In this document: positions 1 to 9,634 of the stretch, piece after piece
Layout: each line of letters begins with the position of its first letter
Position numbering within the stretch: position 1 is the stretch's first letter
Source: Candidatus Bathyarchaeota archaeon
GTDB lineage: Archaea; Thermoproteota; Bathyarchaeia; Bathyarchaeales; Bathyarchaeaceae
NCBI GenBank assembly: GCA_963697165.1
Contig: CAVOMX010000022.1
Location: 1 to 64,000, forward strand
Length of the DNA: 64,000 bases
Direction of reading: 5' to 3'
Position numbers and translations under genes: made by a program
The notes under the pieces: model-generated
What the model saw: the letters and a program-made list of their open reading frames with translations, nothing else
What the model was told of the DNA's origin: nothing
Database searches by the model: none

Positions 1-211
1 TGAAATGCATCGTAGAATGAAGCTACTCCATAAATCTGAATCATGGGAATATTGAGCTTCTGGATGTGTGTCTCAATGTCCAAGTTGGAAGATAATCGTA
101 TAAATTCTCAATTTCATGCAATATGGAAATTAACGCTGACTCTTCATAAGAATGATTTTTTAGGATTTTGTCGATTTTGCTACATTCACAAAGATCTTCC
201 GACAATTTCAC
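1..211 (-). CDS. NuoE/HydC-like NAD(P)H-dependent oxidoreductase subunit E, N-terminal part (runs off the window edge; one 1-bp frameshift near 58)
   Basis: Not in the ORF track. Manual translation from GTG at 211 gives MKLSEDLCECSKIDKILKNHSYEESALISILHEIENLYDYLPTWTLRHTS/KLNIPMIQIYGVASFYDAF, matching the NuoE pattern 'SALIxILxxxQxxYxYLP...IYGVATFY'. Confidence 0.75.
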
Positions 212-261
212 AGCGTCCCAGAGTCCATCATCAATTCTTTGTGTTGTTGGATGTGAAGATT

Positions 262-597
262 TTATGAGGTCTCTGCATTCGAACGATTGGTGACCTTTTT
301 TATGCTTTTAAAACTTAGTGAAATTTCTCCATGAGCATTCTTGGGAAATGTTATTTCATACACGTCGTTTGTGTTGCATTCTTCACATTTTAAGGCTCTC
401 CACCTACATGAAAAACAATTTTCTGATTCTGTACCGATGCGAAGACAGAGGTCTTCGAATCCATCTTTGTGTCCGACAATCAAGCCAACGAATTCGATCC
501 ATGTTTTTCCACAGTGAATGCAGGTGAGCCTTTTCTTGCTCAATTCACCTGTTTTTTTTCTGTTCTCGATCTCCTTGATTACCTCTGTAATTTCCAA
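262..597 (-). CDS. Hypothetical Zn-finger protein with three CxxC pairs
   Basis: 111 aa ORF with CIHC, CFSC and CEEC; same strand as, and upstream of, the NuoE-like gene. Confidence 0.65.
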   Translation of the reverse strand: MEITEVIKEIENRKKTGELSKKRLTCIHCGKTWIEFVGLIVGHKDGFEDLCLRIGTESENCFSCRWRALKCEECNTNDVYEITFPKNAHGEISLSFKSIKKVTNRSNAETS

Positions 598-820
598 GAG
601 ACTCTCTCCACATTATAAGCATATTGAGTAAATATTTATGTATTTTGTTCATTAAATGACACAGATTATCGACATTCTAATACGGAATAACATAAATTAT
701 ATATTTTGTTAGGTCGGGATGGAAACGCATGTGAATAGTTGACATTATAAGATTTTTCTTCGAAAATGGTATAATTTAAAAACTCTGATTGTGTTGTTTA
801 CAACAAAGAAGGGTGCATCC

Positions 821-1296
821 ATGAGTTCTAGTGTGAGAATTGATGAGATTGACCTTAACATTATCAGGGCTTTACAAAAAAATGCACGTACAAGTTTTGC
901 GAGTATTGCAGCAGATTGCGGTGTATCAACAGATACAATAAGCAAACGATTCAAAAAAATGAAAAAAGCTGGCGTTATAAGAGGAACGACCATACTGTTG
1001 AATCCGAAAAGTTTTGGTAATGAATGCGTTGGAAGCTTAGGCATTGACGTTAGCTATCCCTATTTGAGGGATGTTGTTGAATCGGTTCGGAGAGTGCTGA
1101 GATAGTTTTTTGCACTACATCTATGGGCAAGCACGACATATTTTGTATTGCAATCCTTAAAAATGTTGGACGGCTCAGTCAAGTAAAAGACTTGATAAAA
1201 GGGCATCCTTCAGTCAGAGAAGTCACAACAAGCATTTGGGTTGATGAAATATTACTATGCCCCGAGAACTTCGAATTTAAACATCTAGAAAAGTAG
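821..1296 (+). CDS. Lrp/AsnC family transcriptional regulator (1-bp frameshift near 1097)
   Basis: N-terminal HTH 'IDEIDLNIIRALQKNARTSFASIA'. A second frame continues EIVFCTTSMGKHDIFCIAILK...EVTTSIWV...HLEK* (RAM domain) to TAG at 1294-1296, which overlaps the next GTG. Confidence 0.85.
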
Positions 1297-1778
1297 TGAA
1301 TAAGATGGATGAAACTGATTTATTAATAATTAAACGAATGACCGAAGATGCTCGAGTGTCTTTTAGAAAAATCGCGAAGGAACTTGGGGTCTCGCCAGAT
1401 ACCGTGATAAGCAGATACAGAATACTACAAGAAAAAGAGGTAATCCGTGGATCAACTGTTGTACTTGACCCGAAAAAAATTGGATACAAAGGGATGGCTG
1501 CATTCATGATAGACACCTCATCAGCACACATTTTAGCGACCGAGGCTACTCCGCCCAAAACGCCATCGATTTTGGAAACGGTGATCAAAATGCCAGATAT
1601 AATCTTGGCCACAAAGACTGTTGGAGACCATGATCTGTTAGCTATTGCTGTAATCAAAGATGTTGAACATCTAATTGCGATTGGTAGTGATATAGCGAAA
1701 ATACCTGGCGTTAAGGATTTGCGCGTATTGTTTTGGGTTGAGAAAACCGAACTCTATCCTAAATACTTCATAATTTAA
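1296..1778 (+). CDS. Lrp/AsnC family transcriptional regulator
   Basis: 'MDETDLLIIKRMTEDARVSFRKIAKELGVSPDTV' HTH and 'VGDHDLLAIAVIKD' RAM motif. Confidence 0.9.
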   Translation: MNKMDETDLLIIKRMTEDARVSFRKIAKELGVSPDTVISRYRILQEKEVIRGSTVVLDPKKIGYKGMAAFMIDTSSAHILATEATPPKTPSILETVIKMPDIILATKTVGDHDLLAIAVIKDVEHLIAIGSDIAKIPGVKDLRVLFWVEKTELYPKYFII

Positions 1779-1936
1779 GTCTCGAATATTCGGATGCATC
1801 TAGATAAAACCTGCCGCCTTAACGGGATATTAAAAGAATATTCTTATTGATAATTTCGGGGAAAATCACACAAATACCTTCAAATGGATTTTGGTTAGAC
1901 TCAATATTCACAAAAAAGAATCAAAGTTATTCGCAG

Positions 1937-2020
1937 AAAAAAAGGGGAATTTGCGGGATTGAATTTGTGTGCCGGGAGATATCTCCACTGTTTTTTGGGT
2001 TCAAATCTCTCCAGGCCCAC
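1937..2020 (+). repeat. Degenerate repeat ending in a tRNA-3'-end-like (att-like) segment, copy 1
   Basis: GGGTTCAAATCTCTCCAGGCCCAC resembles a T-loop plus acceptor 3' strand. It shares exact TTTGGGTTCAAATCTCT (1994-2010) with 11179-11195, plus upstream AAAAAAGG...CGGGAGAT similarity. Confidence 0.65.
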
Positions 2021-2298
2021 TTTTTAATTCACCAGGCGCACATTCAATTTTTTCTAGTTCAAAATCGATCAAAGTATTGACAGGCTATTTATAAATAACC
2101 GATCGGTGGATTGACAACTCATTCATAATATGATTTGCTACATGAAGTAGTAGGACCCTTATGATTTTTTATTATGTCCTACTTCTACTTCTAACTCAAC
2201 CCATTAAACATACCAGCTAGAAGTTGTTAAACATCAGTCTGCAGAAGACCGTTCATCAACTTCTAATATGCCCCTTTATACACACACTATTGATACTG

Positions 2299-2340
2299 AA
2301 AAAAGGTGGATTTGCGGGAAATAAACGGGTAATATCTCCA
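2299..2340 (+). repeat. Partial copy of the same repeat (upstream part only)
   Basis: AAAAAAGGTGGATTTGCGGGA...CGGGTAATATCTCCA versus AAAAAAGGGGAATTTGCGGGA...CGGGAGATATCTCCA at 1938-1987. Confidence 0.5.
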
Positions 2341-2414
2341 GCGGTGACCAGATCCAGACTAGACTAAAAGACAAATTAGTGACCTGATCCGCCCCCTCCT
2401 ATGTTATGCGTGCA

Positions 2415-3022
2415 TTAATTTGTCAGAAATATCATCAGGCTAATAATAAAGTAGTAAAACTCAAAGGGGGCTAACTCCGAATCTTTCAAACAAACCCCTG
2501 TACCTGCTTTTAATGAAAATTGCACATATAATTATTAGAATAAATGAGACGATTGCTGAAATGAGTGAATAAGTTGCAAAAATGCTCCAGCCTTCTACTA
2601 ATTCTAATCGAAACCAAAGTGCCACCATCCCTGCAATTGTCAAGAGTCCCGATGTAACAACAAAGACTAGATGCATTTTTCCTCTTAGAGTTATAATTTC
2701 ACCACCAGCATCAGGGGAAAAAATACAGCAACAAGAACACCCAAAAACCCACTAGCCACGAACAGAATGGGTCCTAAACCTGACCCTTGTCCATTGTTTA
2801 TACCCCAATGTAATCCAAGATAAAACACAAACAACAACACACTAGAGGCAATGATGAAGGAATCAAAGAACCGTTTTCTAGGGGCTCCAACTGCAAATAG
2901 CGAACTTATGTCATTTCGGATATGACTATAATCAGACCGCAAGAACCCCCAAGAATCCACATAAGAGTATACAAGATCGGACTAACCATTCCACAAATAG
3001 CTAAAACCTGAAACAGATTCAT
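2415..3022 (-). CDS. DUF998-like membrane protein (three 1-bp frameshifts at or next to homopolymers)
   Basis: Joined reading: MNLFQVLAICGMVSPILYTLMWILGG/FLRSDYSHIRNDISSLFAVGAP.../DAGGEIITLRGKMHLVF...GLFERFGVSP/FEFYYFIISLMIFLTN*. The 'YSHxxxxISxLxAxGAP', 'GxMH' and 'GLFER' motifs are DUF998-like. Confidence 0.7.
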
Positions 3023-3143
3023 ATCAATCACATTTTTAGTATTAATTTTCTTCGTGCATGACCTTTCTCGACATACCTATGACTGCGTTTATAAGTTTGG
3101 AAGCAAAAATTTTGCTTCTTTTTTCTTCTTGAATTGATGTTTT

Positions 3144-3362
3144 ATGAAAGAGCAAATTGCCAATCTCAAATTGAGGTATGAAAATTTCAAGAAAGGAAAA
3201 GAGAATCCATACACATTTAGAACTGAAGTTTTGTTGGTTTTAGAGGAAGCTAAAGAGAAAGGTTATGACCATGTTATTGATGAGGTAGAAGAAATGCTTA
3301 TGGACATCCATTTTTCAAGTAATGAAAACAAATGTAAATGTAATTGTTCTTCTTGTGGTTAA
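3144..3362 (+). CDS. Small hypothetical protein with a Cys-rich C-terminal tail (CKCNCSSCG)
   Basis: 72 aa ORF with ATG start, TATA-like TTTATAAG upstream, and helical charged composition. Confidence 0.65.
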   Translation: MKEQIANLKLRYENFKKGKENPYTFRTEVLLVLEEAKEKGYDHVIDEVEEMLMDIHFSSNENKCKCNCSSCG

Positions 3363-3404
3363 TATGTCAAATATACTAAAGTCCTAAGGTTTGGGTTTTC
3401 ATTA

Positions 3405-3482
3405 AAAATTAGAACACGTATGATTATCAGCATTGTTCTCGTTGTAGTTGGCATATTTATCGCAAATAAGAAGAATAGCTAG
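3405..3482 (+). pseudogene. C-terminal stump of an EamA/DMT-like transporter
   Basis: KIRTRMIISIVLVVVGIFIANKKNS* resembles the last transmembrane helix of EamA proteins; no upstream body is present. Confidence 0.4.
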
Positions 3483-3602
3483 CGCAGAAATCCTGCAAAT
3501 AATAAAGATCCGTTTATTTCCTATTTTATTCTTAAAACTTCAATTTTTTGTTTTTCTAATATTTGTGCCTGCGCGCGCTCCTGTAATAAATCCATAGTCT
3601 AG

Positions 3603-3704
3603 AATTCAGGAAAAACAACTAAAGGATTTACTGAAGACGAAAAAGCAACCTTTTTACGTCTCTTAAAGCAAGTAGAAAAGAATCTTGACAAATTAACCCA
3701 TTAA
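3603..3704 (+). pseudogene. C-terminal stump of a MarR-family regulator
   Basis: KTTKGFTEDEKATFLRLLKQVEKNL* matches the MarR terminal helix. It has no start codon and sits directly upstream of an MFS efflux gene. Confidence 0.55.
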
Positions 3705-3733
3705 ATTGATTAATCCTTGTAGAGGTCAATTTT

Positions 3734-4928
3734 TTGAAAAATAACGAAACACCCGATGAAGCAGACGATTTCGTGTTTGACAAACGCCTTTACGTGATAT
3801 TCCTGATAATATTCACAGAAGTACTAGGATTCAGCATTGTATTACCACTAATCCCGTTTTTAGGATTGTCACTTGGATTAACTCCAATACAAATTGGACT
3901 TATCACCAGTGTGTTCAGTTTCTGCCAATTATTCGCAAGCCCAATAACAGGAAAACTAAGCGACCACTTCGGAAGAAAACCATTGTTCATCTTAAGCCAA
4001 ATAAGCACACTTGTCGGGTTTTATCTTCCTTGGATTTGCAACAACCGCAATTCTGTTAATAGTAGCACGGTTAATTGACGGATTACTTGGAAGCAACATG
4101 ACTGTCAGCCAAGCATACATCAGCGACATCACTGAACCTAAACATAGAACAAGAGTCTACGGCTATTCCAGTGGAGTATTTGGTGCAGGATTAATATTTG
4201 GTCCTTTTATTGGCGGAGTGCTTTCCCAGATCAATTATTCGGTTCCAATGTTCTTTGCAGCAGCCATAACCTTGGTTTCAATTGTCCTAGTTTTGTTTCT
4301 TCCTGAAACAATCACTAAAAAAACAGAAAAAATTTCTCTTAGCCTTAATGACATCATCCCCGTCAATGACGTTAAACGCTTTGTAAAAACACCCAACGTG
4401 AGAAATAGCTTGTTAATGTTTTTCATTTACAACTTGGGATTTCTCTTGTTTATTTCTAACTTCAGTTTGTTGGCAGAAACCCAATTGCACGTTACTGCTG
4501 ACCCAAGTTAGTTTTTACATGGCTTGGATCGGCATAATTAGAGTAATTATACAAACAGTTCTAATTGCTCGTATCCTCCATGCATTTGGTGAGGATCGTA
4601 TGACTGAGTAACTGGGATAGTTGCCATGGTTATTTCAATGGTAGGTCTTGCATTTTCTGCAGATTATCTGTTTGTTTTTGTTCCATTAGTCTTTCTTGCC
4701 TATGGTACAGGAGTCAGCAGACCCATTTTAACTAGTAAATTGGCAAATAGCGTAACACAAAAGGAGACTGCAACCATACTGGGGGTTAACAATTCACTGA
4801 TTAGCTTAGCTCAAATTGTTACACCAATAGTAGGGGGTTTCATAATCCAATATTTGCCGTCACAAACCCTGCCAATATTATCGGCTTTATTCTTCTCAAC
4901 AATTTTACTCTTTACAAAACGGAGTTAA
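3734..4928 (+). CDS. MFS drug:H+ antiporter (DHA1/TetA-like), broken by 1-bp insertions near 4020, 4503 and 4603-4612
   Basis: Motif A 'GKLSDHFGRKP', 'ARLIDGLLGSN' and motif C 'GLIFGPFIGG' lie across three consecutive ORF fragments. Confidence 0.85.
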
Positions 4929-4950
4929 AATTTAACCCAACCAACCATGC
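4924..4950 (+). repeat. Right-half copy of the 13-7-13 inverted-repeat site
   Basis: GTTAAAATTTAACCCAACCAACCATGC versus GTTAAAATTTAAACCCAAACCCATGC at 7071-7096. Confidence 0.55.
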
Positions 4951-5022
4951 GCGCGTATTGGACATACAGAATAGAATTTTCATAGAAAGGGAAGTAAATT
5001 GACTTGATTTTAGATTTTTACT

Positions 5023-5799
5023 TTAGACCAATGACAGCGAACCTGAGCATCCATCAATTCTAACATTCTTAGACTTGTTTTTCCATTTAATGATTCCCAT
5101 GTACATAGGAACGAATAGGACAGACAATTCTGTTACTATAAACTCCTCTGCCAGAACCCTGTTCGCATCAGGCCTTTTCATCGCTAAATCCTTTAATGCA
5201 TCAATAACCTTGTCGCTGTTCATGATAGAGCCCCCTGACCTACTGGTTTTTTGTAAATCGTCCATTTCTTTCTTCAGAACTTTCTTTGTTTGAATATGCT
5301 TTAGAGGTTCCCTATCTCTCTTATTACCAAATCCGTCGTAGCAAACTTGAGAACTGAGTCGCCTTTCTGCTCTGTCAAATCTTGTTATTTTCACTTCAGA
5401 TTTTTGTTGGGGAAGATTTTCCACTGAAAATACTGTTCCTAAGATCATTGTATCCTTTGTTTCTGTGTTATTGATTGGGATTAAATGCTCCTCTGCTTTA
5501 ATATATTCACAGAAATAGTTTGCTCTACCTAACCAATATTCATCAAAGATCTTATTGAGGGAAACAAGTAGTACCTCATCTGTTGACTTCGGCTTTGATA
5601 GAAACGAAGAAAATAATTCAGCTTTCTTCGAATGCAACATGCTTCCAGCATCATCTAGGGTAGTATTCTCTTCGGCTAAAAGATACTCTACCTTAGGTAT
5701 TTCCGATTCTAATTCAACGCTGGGTTGAGATATGTCATATTTAAGGCCAGCAGAAAGCATTTTTGCCTTACTAACGACCGTCACCTGTTTTGTTTCCAT
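5023..5799 (-). CDS. Hypothetical protein
   Basis: Uninterrupted 258 aa ORF with ATG start and GGGG SD-like sequence upstream; no family recognised. Confidence 0.75.
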   Translation of the reverse strand: METKQVTVVSKAKMLSAGLKYDISQPSVELESEIPKVEYLLAEENTTLDDAGSMLHSKKAELFSSFLSKPKSTDEVLLVSLNKIFDEYWLGRANYFCEYIKAEEHLIPINNTETKDTMILGTVFSVENLPQQKSEVKITRFDRAERRLSSQVCYDGFGNKRDREPLKHIQTKKVLKKEMDDLQKTSRSGGSIMNSDKVIDALKDLAMKRPDANRVLAEEFIVTELSVLFVPMYMGIIKWKNKSKNVRIDGCSGSLSLV

Positions 5800-6052
5800 T
5801 TTTATTCCCCTATGGTGTGTTCGCCTAGAGGTCTATTTTCATTCATTCTTATGATTTATGAAATTAAAAGCTAAATCTAGAGTATAGATTTAGGTAAAAG
5901 TCGAAGATTAGAACAGAGCATCATCATTCGTTTTAATTATGAAATTCTAGTAACTCTACCGTTACCATAATAATTTCCTTCAATAGTTTTTGATTAATTC
6001 TTGTGGCAAATGCATCTTACTCACATATATGAGATGTTTTTGTGTTCAAAAA

Positions 6053-6976
6053 TTAAGGAAGGTGGAGTCTTAGAACGAGAATGTATGTAAATAGTATAAT
6101 TAGTATAACGGGAGTGTATTTCATTGAAAAGTTGAATAGAGCCTCTATTTTTTCTTTTGTAGGGTTTTTGGTTAGTCTGACAAATTGGCTTAAAATCGGG
6201 GAGATTATTATCAGAACTAAGATGTAATAATACACAAACTCGTTTGTATAGGATAGTTTAAGAAAACCAAATGTTATTGGCAATGAAATGGCTAAAAATA
6301 CCATGATTGTAGCTACTCTAGTTGATTGTTTTATTCCATATCTTACTACGAAGGTTTGTATGTTATCATCCATGTCGGCTTGAAAATCTCTTAGTTCTTG
6401 AAAAATTTGAGACGCGACTTGAAAAAGAAATATTGGAAGGATACAAAGGAAGGCGTCTTGGTAGCTTCTTGCCACCCACGGCAGATGGATGTCTAAGGAG
6501 AGTTGATTTGCTGCTAAAAGCCCAATTAGGAAGGGAAAAACTCCTGATCCAACACCGGCGACTATTATGTCTAAAATGGGTTTTCCTTTTAGATGAAGGA
6601 TTGGAATAGAATATGCACTGCAAAGAGCAAAATAGGCCAAAAAGATGGGAATCAAATAGGGATTAAAAAACGTAAGGGTGATGAATCCAAGACTACACAA
6701 AATCAGCATTATACGTAATGATGTTTTGGGGGAAACTTTGTTTGCGGCTAAGGGTAGCATATTCTTTTTAGGGTTTTTTTGGTCTGTTTCTTTGTCAAAG
6801 TATTGGTTTTCGACAAAAACTGCTGAAGTAATGCAGGAAAAAACAAAAGCTACAACTAACACATTAGAGATTTGGGGTAACCCGAATATGAAACTTCCAA
6901 CTCCAAAAATGGCTAGCCATCCAACCCAACTTCGAAATCTAAGCAATCGCACAAAACCCTTGACATTAGCTAGCAT
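6053..6976 (-). CDS. UbiA family prenyltransferase
   Basis: Multi-TM protein with Asp-rich motifs 'NQYFDKETDQKNPKK' and 'ELRDFQADMDDNIQT', plus 'AYS.P..LK'. Confidence 0.85.
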   Translation of the reverse strand: MLANVKGFVRLLRFRSWVGWLAIFGVGSFIFGLPQISNVLVVAFVFSCITSAVFVENQYFDKETDQKNPKKNMLPLAANKVSPKTSLRIMLILCSLGFITLTFFNPYLIPIFLAYFALCSAYSIPILHLKGKPILDIIVAGVGSGVFPFLIGLLAANQLSLDIHLPWVARSYQDAFLCILPIFLFQVASQIFQELRDFQADMDDNIQTFVVRYGIKQSTRVATIMVFLAISLPITFGFLKLSYTNEFVYYYILVLIIISPILSQFVRLTKNPTKEKIEALFNFSMKYTPVILIILFTYILVLRLHLP

Positions 6977-7060
6977 TCAATCATTCCATTGAGTATGTTT
7001 AGAGTTTCTTATTATGCTTGATTTATTTGAAGTTTTATGCCCATTCATTGTTGCTCTTTT

Positions 7061-7093
7061 TGGGTTTGGGGTTAAAATTTAAACCCAAACCCA
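7061..7093. repeat. 33-bp imperfect palindrome (13-7-13), full copy
   Basis: TGGGTTTGGGGTT-AAAATTT-AAACCCAAACCCA; arms are 12/13 complementary. A second hairpin GCATACAC...GTGTATGC follows at 7101-7132. Confidence 0.75.
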
Positions 7094-7341
7094 TGCACCC
7101 GCATACACCTGTACGTGTACGTGCGTGTATGCTTATGCCTGCTCTTCGACTGACCTGCACCCGCCCACTCTCTACAACACAAAAACAGTATCTCTATCAC
7201 GCATAAATTAACAAAGAATTAATGAGGGCGCTATCCGAAAGTCATATTACTAATGATTTAGCAAACCCGGTAGAAGCATAAATTGAAATGAAATCAGCAA
7301 TCAAAACTTAGAATAATATAACTTACGGAGTGGTATTAAAT

Positions 7342-8292
7342 ATGAACCCGATTGAAGTAACCTTCCTCAAAAAATACTATGGTGACATAAAAGCAGTTGA
7401 TGGCATAACCTTTTCAGTTAACCCTGGAGAAGTCTTCGCCCTTCTAGGTCCAAACGGCGCAGGTAAAACCACCGCCATAGAAATCATGGAGGGGCTACGG
7501 AAAAGAGATGAAGGAAATGTAAAAGTGCTAGGTCTCGATCCGTGGAAAGATGGGCATAAGTTGCACAAGAAAATCGGAGTTATACCCCAAGATTTCACAT
7601 TCTTCGAGAAAGCAACACCTAGGGAAGCAATAATATACTATTCAGACCTTTTCGGTGTCAAAACAAACCTAGACCAAATCCTAAAAGAAGTCTTGCTGGA
7701 AGATTCAGCTAAAGTTCTTTTCGAGAACCTTTCAGGGGGCCAAAAACAAAAAACCGGACTTGCTCTTGCGCTAGTTAATTCACCCGAACTTCTTTTCCTT
7801 GATGAACCGACCACGGGATTGGATCCGAATGCAAGAAGGGCAATCTGGGAAGTCATTAGAGGATTGAAAGCAAAGGGCAGAACGATAATTTTGACTACAC
7901 ATTATCTTGATGAAGCGCAGCAGCTTTCCGATAGAGTAGCAATAATGAATCATGGACAAATTGTTGCTATAGGAACATCAGACGAAATAATTGAACAGCA
8001 CGGTTCAGGAGAAAGACTTGAAATCCACGGAAGCAGAGAATTGGCCAACTACATAACCGCGAACACTGAGCTGATTGTAGACTACCGCAAAGGTGTAATA
8101 AGCATACCGCTAAAACAGAAAATTGATGCTTTGGCCGCGTTGGCGGCTGCTGAGCAGTCAAAGTTGGATTGGGGTGAAATTCATACCCGCCGTGACAGCT
8201 TAGACGACGTGTTTGTCAAGCTTGTAAGCGGAATGGTTGATGACCACGGCGAAATCATAATTGAAAACAAAAGCAACAGCTCAAATAATTAA
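7342..8292 (+). CDS. ABC-2 type exporter ATP-binding protein
   Basis: Walker A GPNGAGKT, signature LSGGQ, Walker B LFLDEPT and H-loop TTHY. Confidence 0.95.
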   Translation: MNPIEVTFLKKYYGDIKAVDGITFSVNPGEVFALLGPNGAGKTTAIEIMEGLRKRDEGNVKVLGLDPWKDGHKLHKKIGVIPQDFTFFEKATPREAIIYYSDLFGVKTNLDQILKEVLLEDSAKVLFENLSGGQKQKTGLALALVNSPELLFLDEPTTGLDPNARRAIWEVIRGLKAKGRTIILTTHYLDEAQQLSDRVAIMNHGQIVAIGTSDEIIEQHGSGERLEIHGSRELANYITANTELIVDYRKGVISIPLKQKIDALAALAAAEQSKLDWGEIHTRRDSLDDVFVKLVSGMVDDHGEIIIENKSNSSNN

Positions 8293-8309
8293 CGGAGGCG
8301 TTTAGAAAA

Positions 8310-9431
8310 ATGGTAAGTGTAAGAAGAATCGCATCAGATTTTCGAGTGTTCAGTCGCGGATATCTACGAAACAAGTTTGGGCTATTCTTTGGTCTAGTAT
8401 TCCCCGTCATGCTTATACTGATTTTTGGAGCTATCTTCTCAGGTGACTCTTCAGGAACAATAAACGTTTACGTGCAGAACCAAGACACGGGTCCATTTTC
8501 CACGCCTCAAATGGATATAGCCACTCAATTCCTGAATTCACTTAATAGTTCAGGAACCGTTCTTCTGTTAACAGTAAATGCTACTGAAAACTTCTCCAAT
8601 TATCTCGCAGATCATTCAGCTTCCGATGGGATTGTTATACCCCAAGGTTTCTCTGAAACATACTTAACTGGACAACAAGTTAACGTGACAGTTTATGGAA
8701 ACCCTACAGCAAGCACTAGCGGCATCGTAAGCGGAACAGTTTATGGAGTGATAACATACTTCAACCTGAAATACTATAACCCTAATGCTAGCCCAATCAT
8801 CGGCATAACACCAACTACTGTCAATACTGAACAAACAAAGTACGTTGATTTTCTGATCCCAGGACTCATCGGCTTCTCTATACTCGTCAGCCCAATGTTC
8901 TCTCTTGTTAACATATCCTCTGAATACAAGAAAACAAAACTCTTCAAGCAACTAAGCTTAACGCCCCTCACCAAGATGGAATGGTTGGCATCTAAGGTTA
9001 TCTGGTACATTACCTTGACAGTTTCCAGTTTTCTTCTCATGGCTATAGTGGGTATCTTCGCTTTTGACGCACACATCACGCTGACTATTTGGCTTATTCC
9101 CTTCCTTATCTTAGGACCGATGCTTTTTTCTTCATTAGGCATGCTGGTTGGAACAGTGACTAAGAACCCTGAGACTGCAGGGATAATCGGAAACATAGTG
9201 ACATTCCCAATGATGTTCCTCGCTGGCACATTCTTTCCTATCAGCAGTATGCCACAATACTTGCAGAGCATCGCACAAGTGCTACCTTTGTATTACATAA
9301 TTGAGGGATTAAACAATATTATGGTTTACGGAAACTATAATGGAGCCCTTGTTGATCTTGCCGTAGTTGCTATAATCACAGTCATCATCTTCCTTGCTGC
9401 AGTTAGAGTGTTCAAATGGAGAGAAGATTAG
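8310..9431 (+). CDS. ABC-2 type exporter permease
   Basis: N-terminal TM, extracellular domain, 'FPMMFLAGTFFP...MPQYLQ...LPL' motif; operonic with the ATPase. Confidence 0.93.
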   Translation: MVSVRRIASDFRVFSRGYLRNKFGLFFGLVFPVMLILIFGAIFSGDSSGTINVYVQNQDTGPFSTPQMDIATQFLNSLNSSGTVLLLTVNATENFSNYLADHSASDGIVIPQGFSETYLTGQQVNVTVYGNPTASTSGIVSGTVYGVITYFNLKYYNPNASPIIGITPTTVNTEQTKYVDFLIPGLIGFSILVSPMFSLVNISSEYKKTKLFKQLSLTPLTKMEWLASKVIWYITLTVSSFLLMAIVGIFAFDAHITLTIWLIPFLILGPMLFSSLGMLVGTVTKNPETAGIIGNIVTFPMMFLAGTFFPISSMPQYLQSIAQVLPLYYIIEGLNNIMVYGNYNGALVDLAVVAIITVIIFLAAVRVFKWRED

Positions 9432-9501
9432 CCAAGACAACGCTGATGCAACTTCACTTTTTATAGCATATTTCACTGGTTCTCTAATTTAATACGCTCA
9501 T

Positions 9502-9523
9502 TGGGTTTGGGGATAAAATTTAA
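9502..9523 (+). repeat. Left-half copy of the 13-7-13 site
   Basis: TGGGTTTGGGGATAAAATTTAA; 21/22 identical to 7061-7082. Confidence 0.7.
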
Positions 9524-9634
9524 TCTCTCTGCTCGTCAGAAAAAACAATAAATGTCTTTAATGCGCGGGCATGTTCGCGTCTAAACATTCATAGAAGATA
9601 TTTTTAGGTTCCTGCTTAAATTAGATAGTTAACT

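Noticed and set aside
1..4928. Frameshifts in the NuoE-like, Lrp, DUF998 and MFS genes as island decay
   Set aside because: They are 1-bp indels mostly in homopolymers, without nonsense substitutions, and cluster at the window end; more likely sequencing error, although real decay cannot be excluded.
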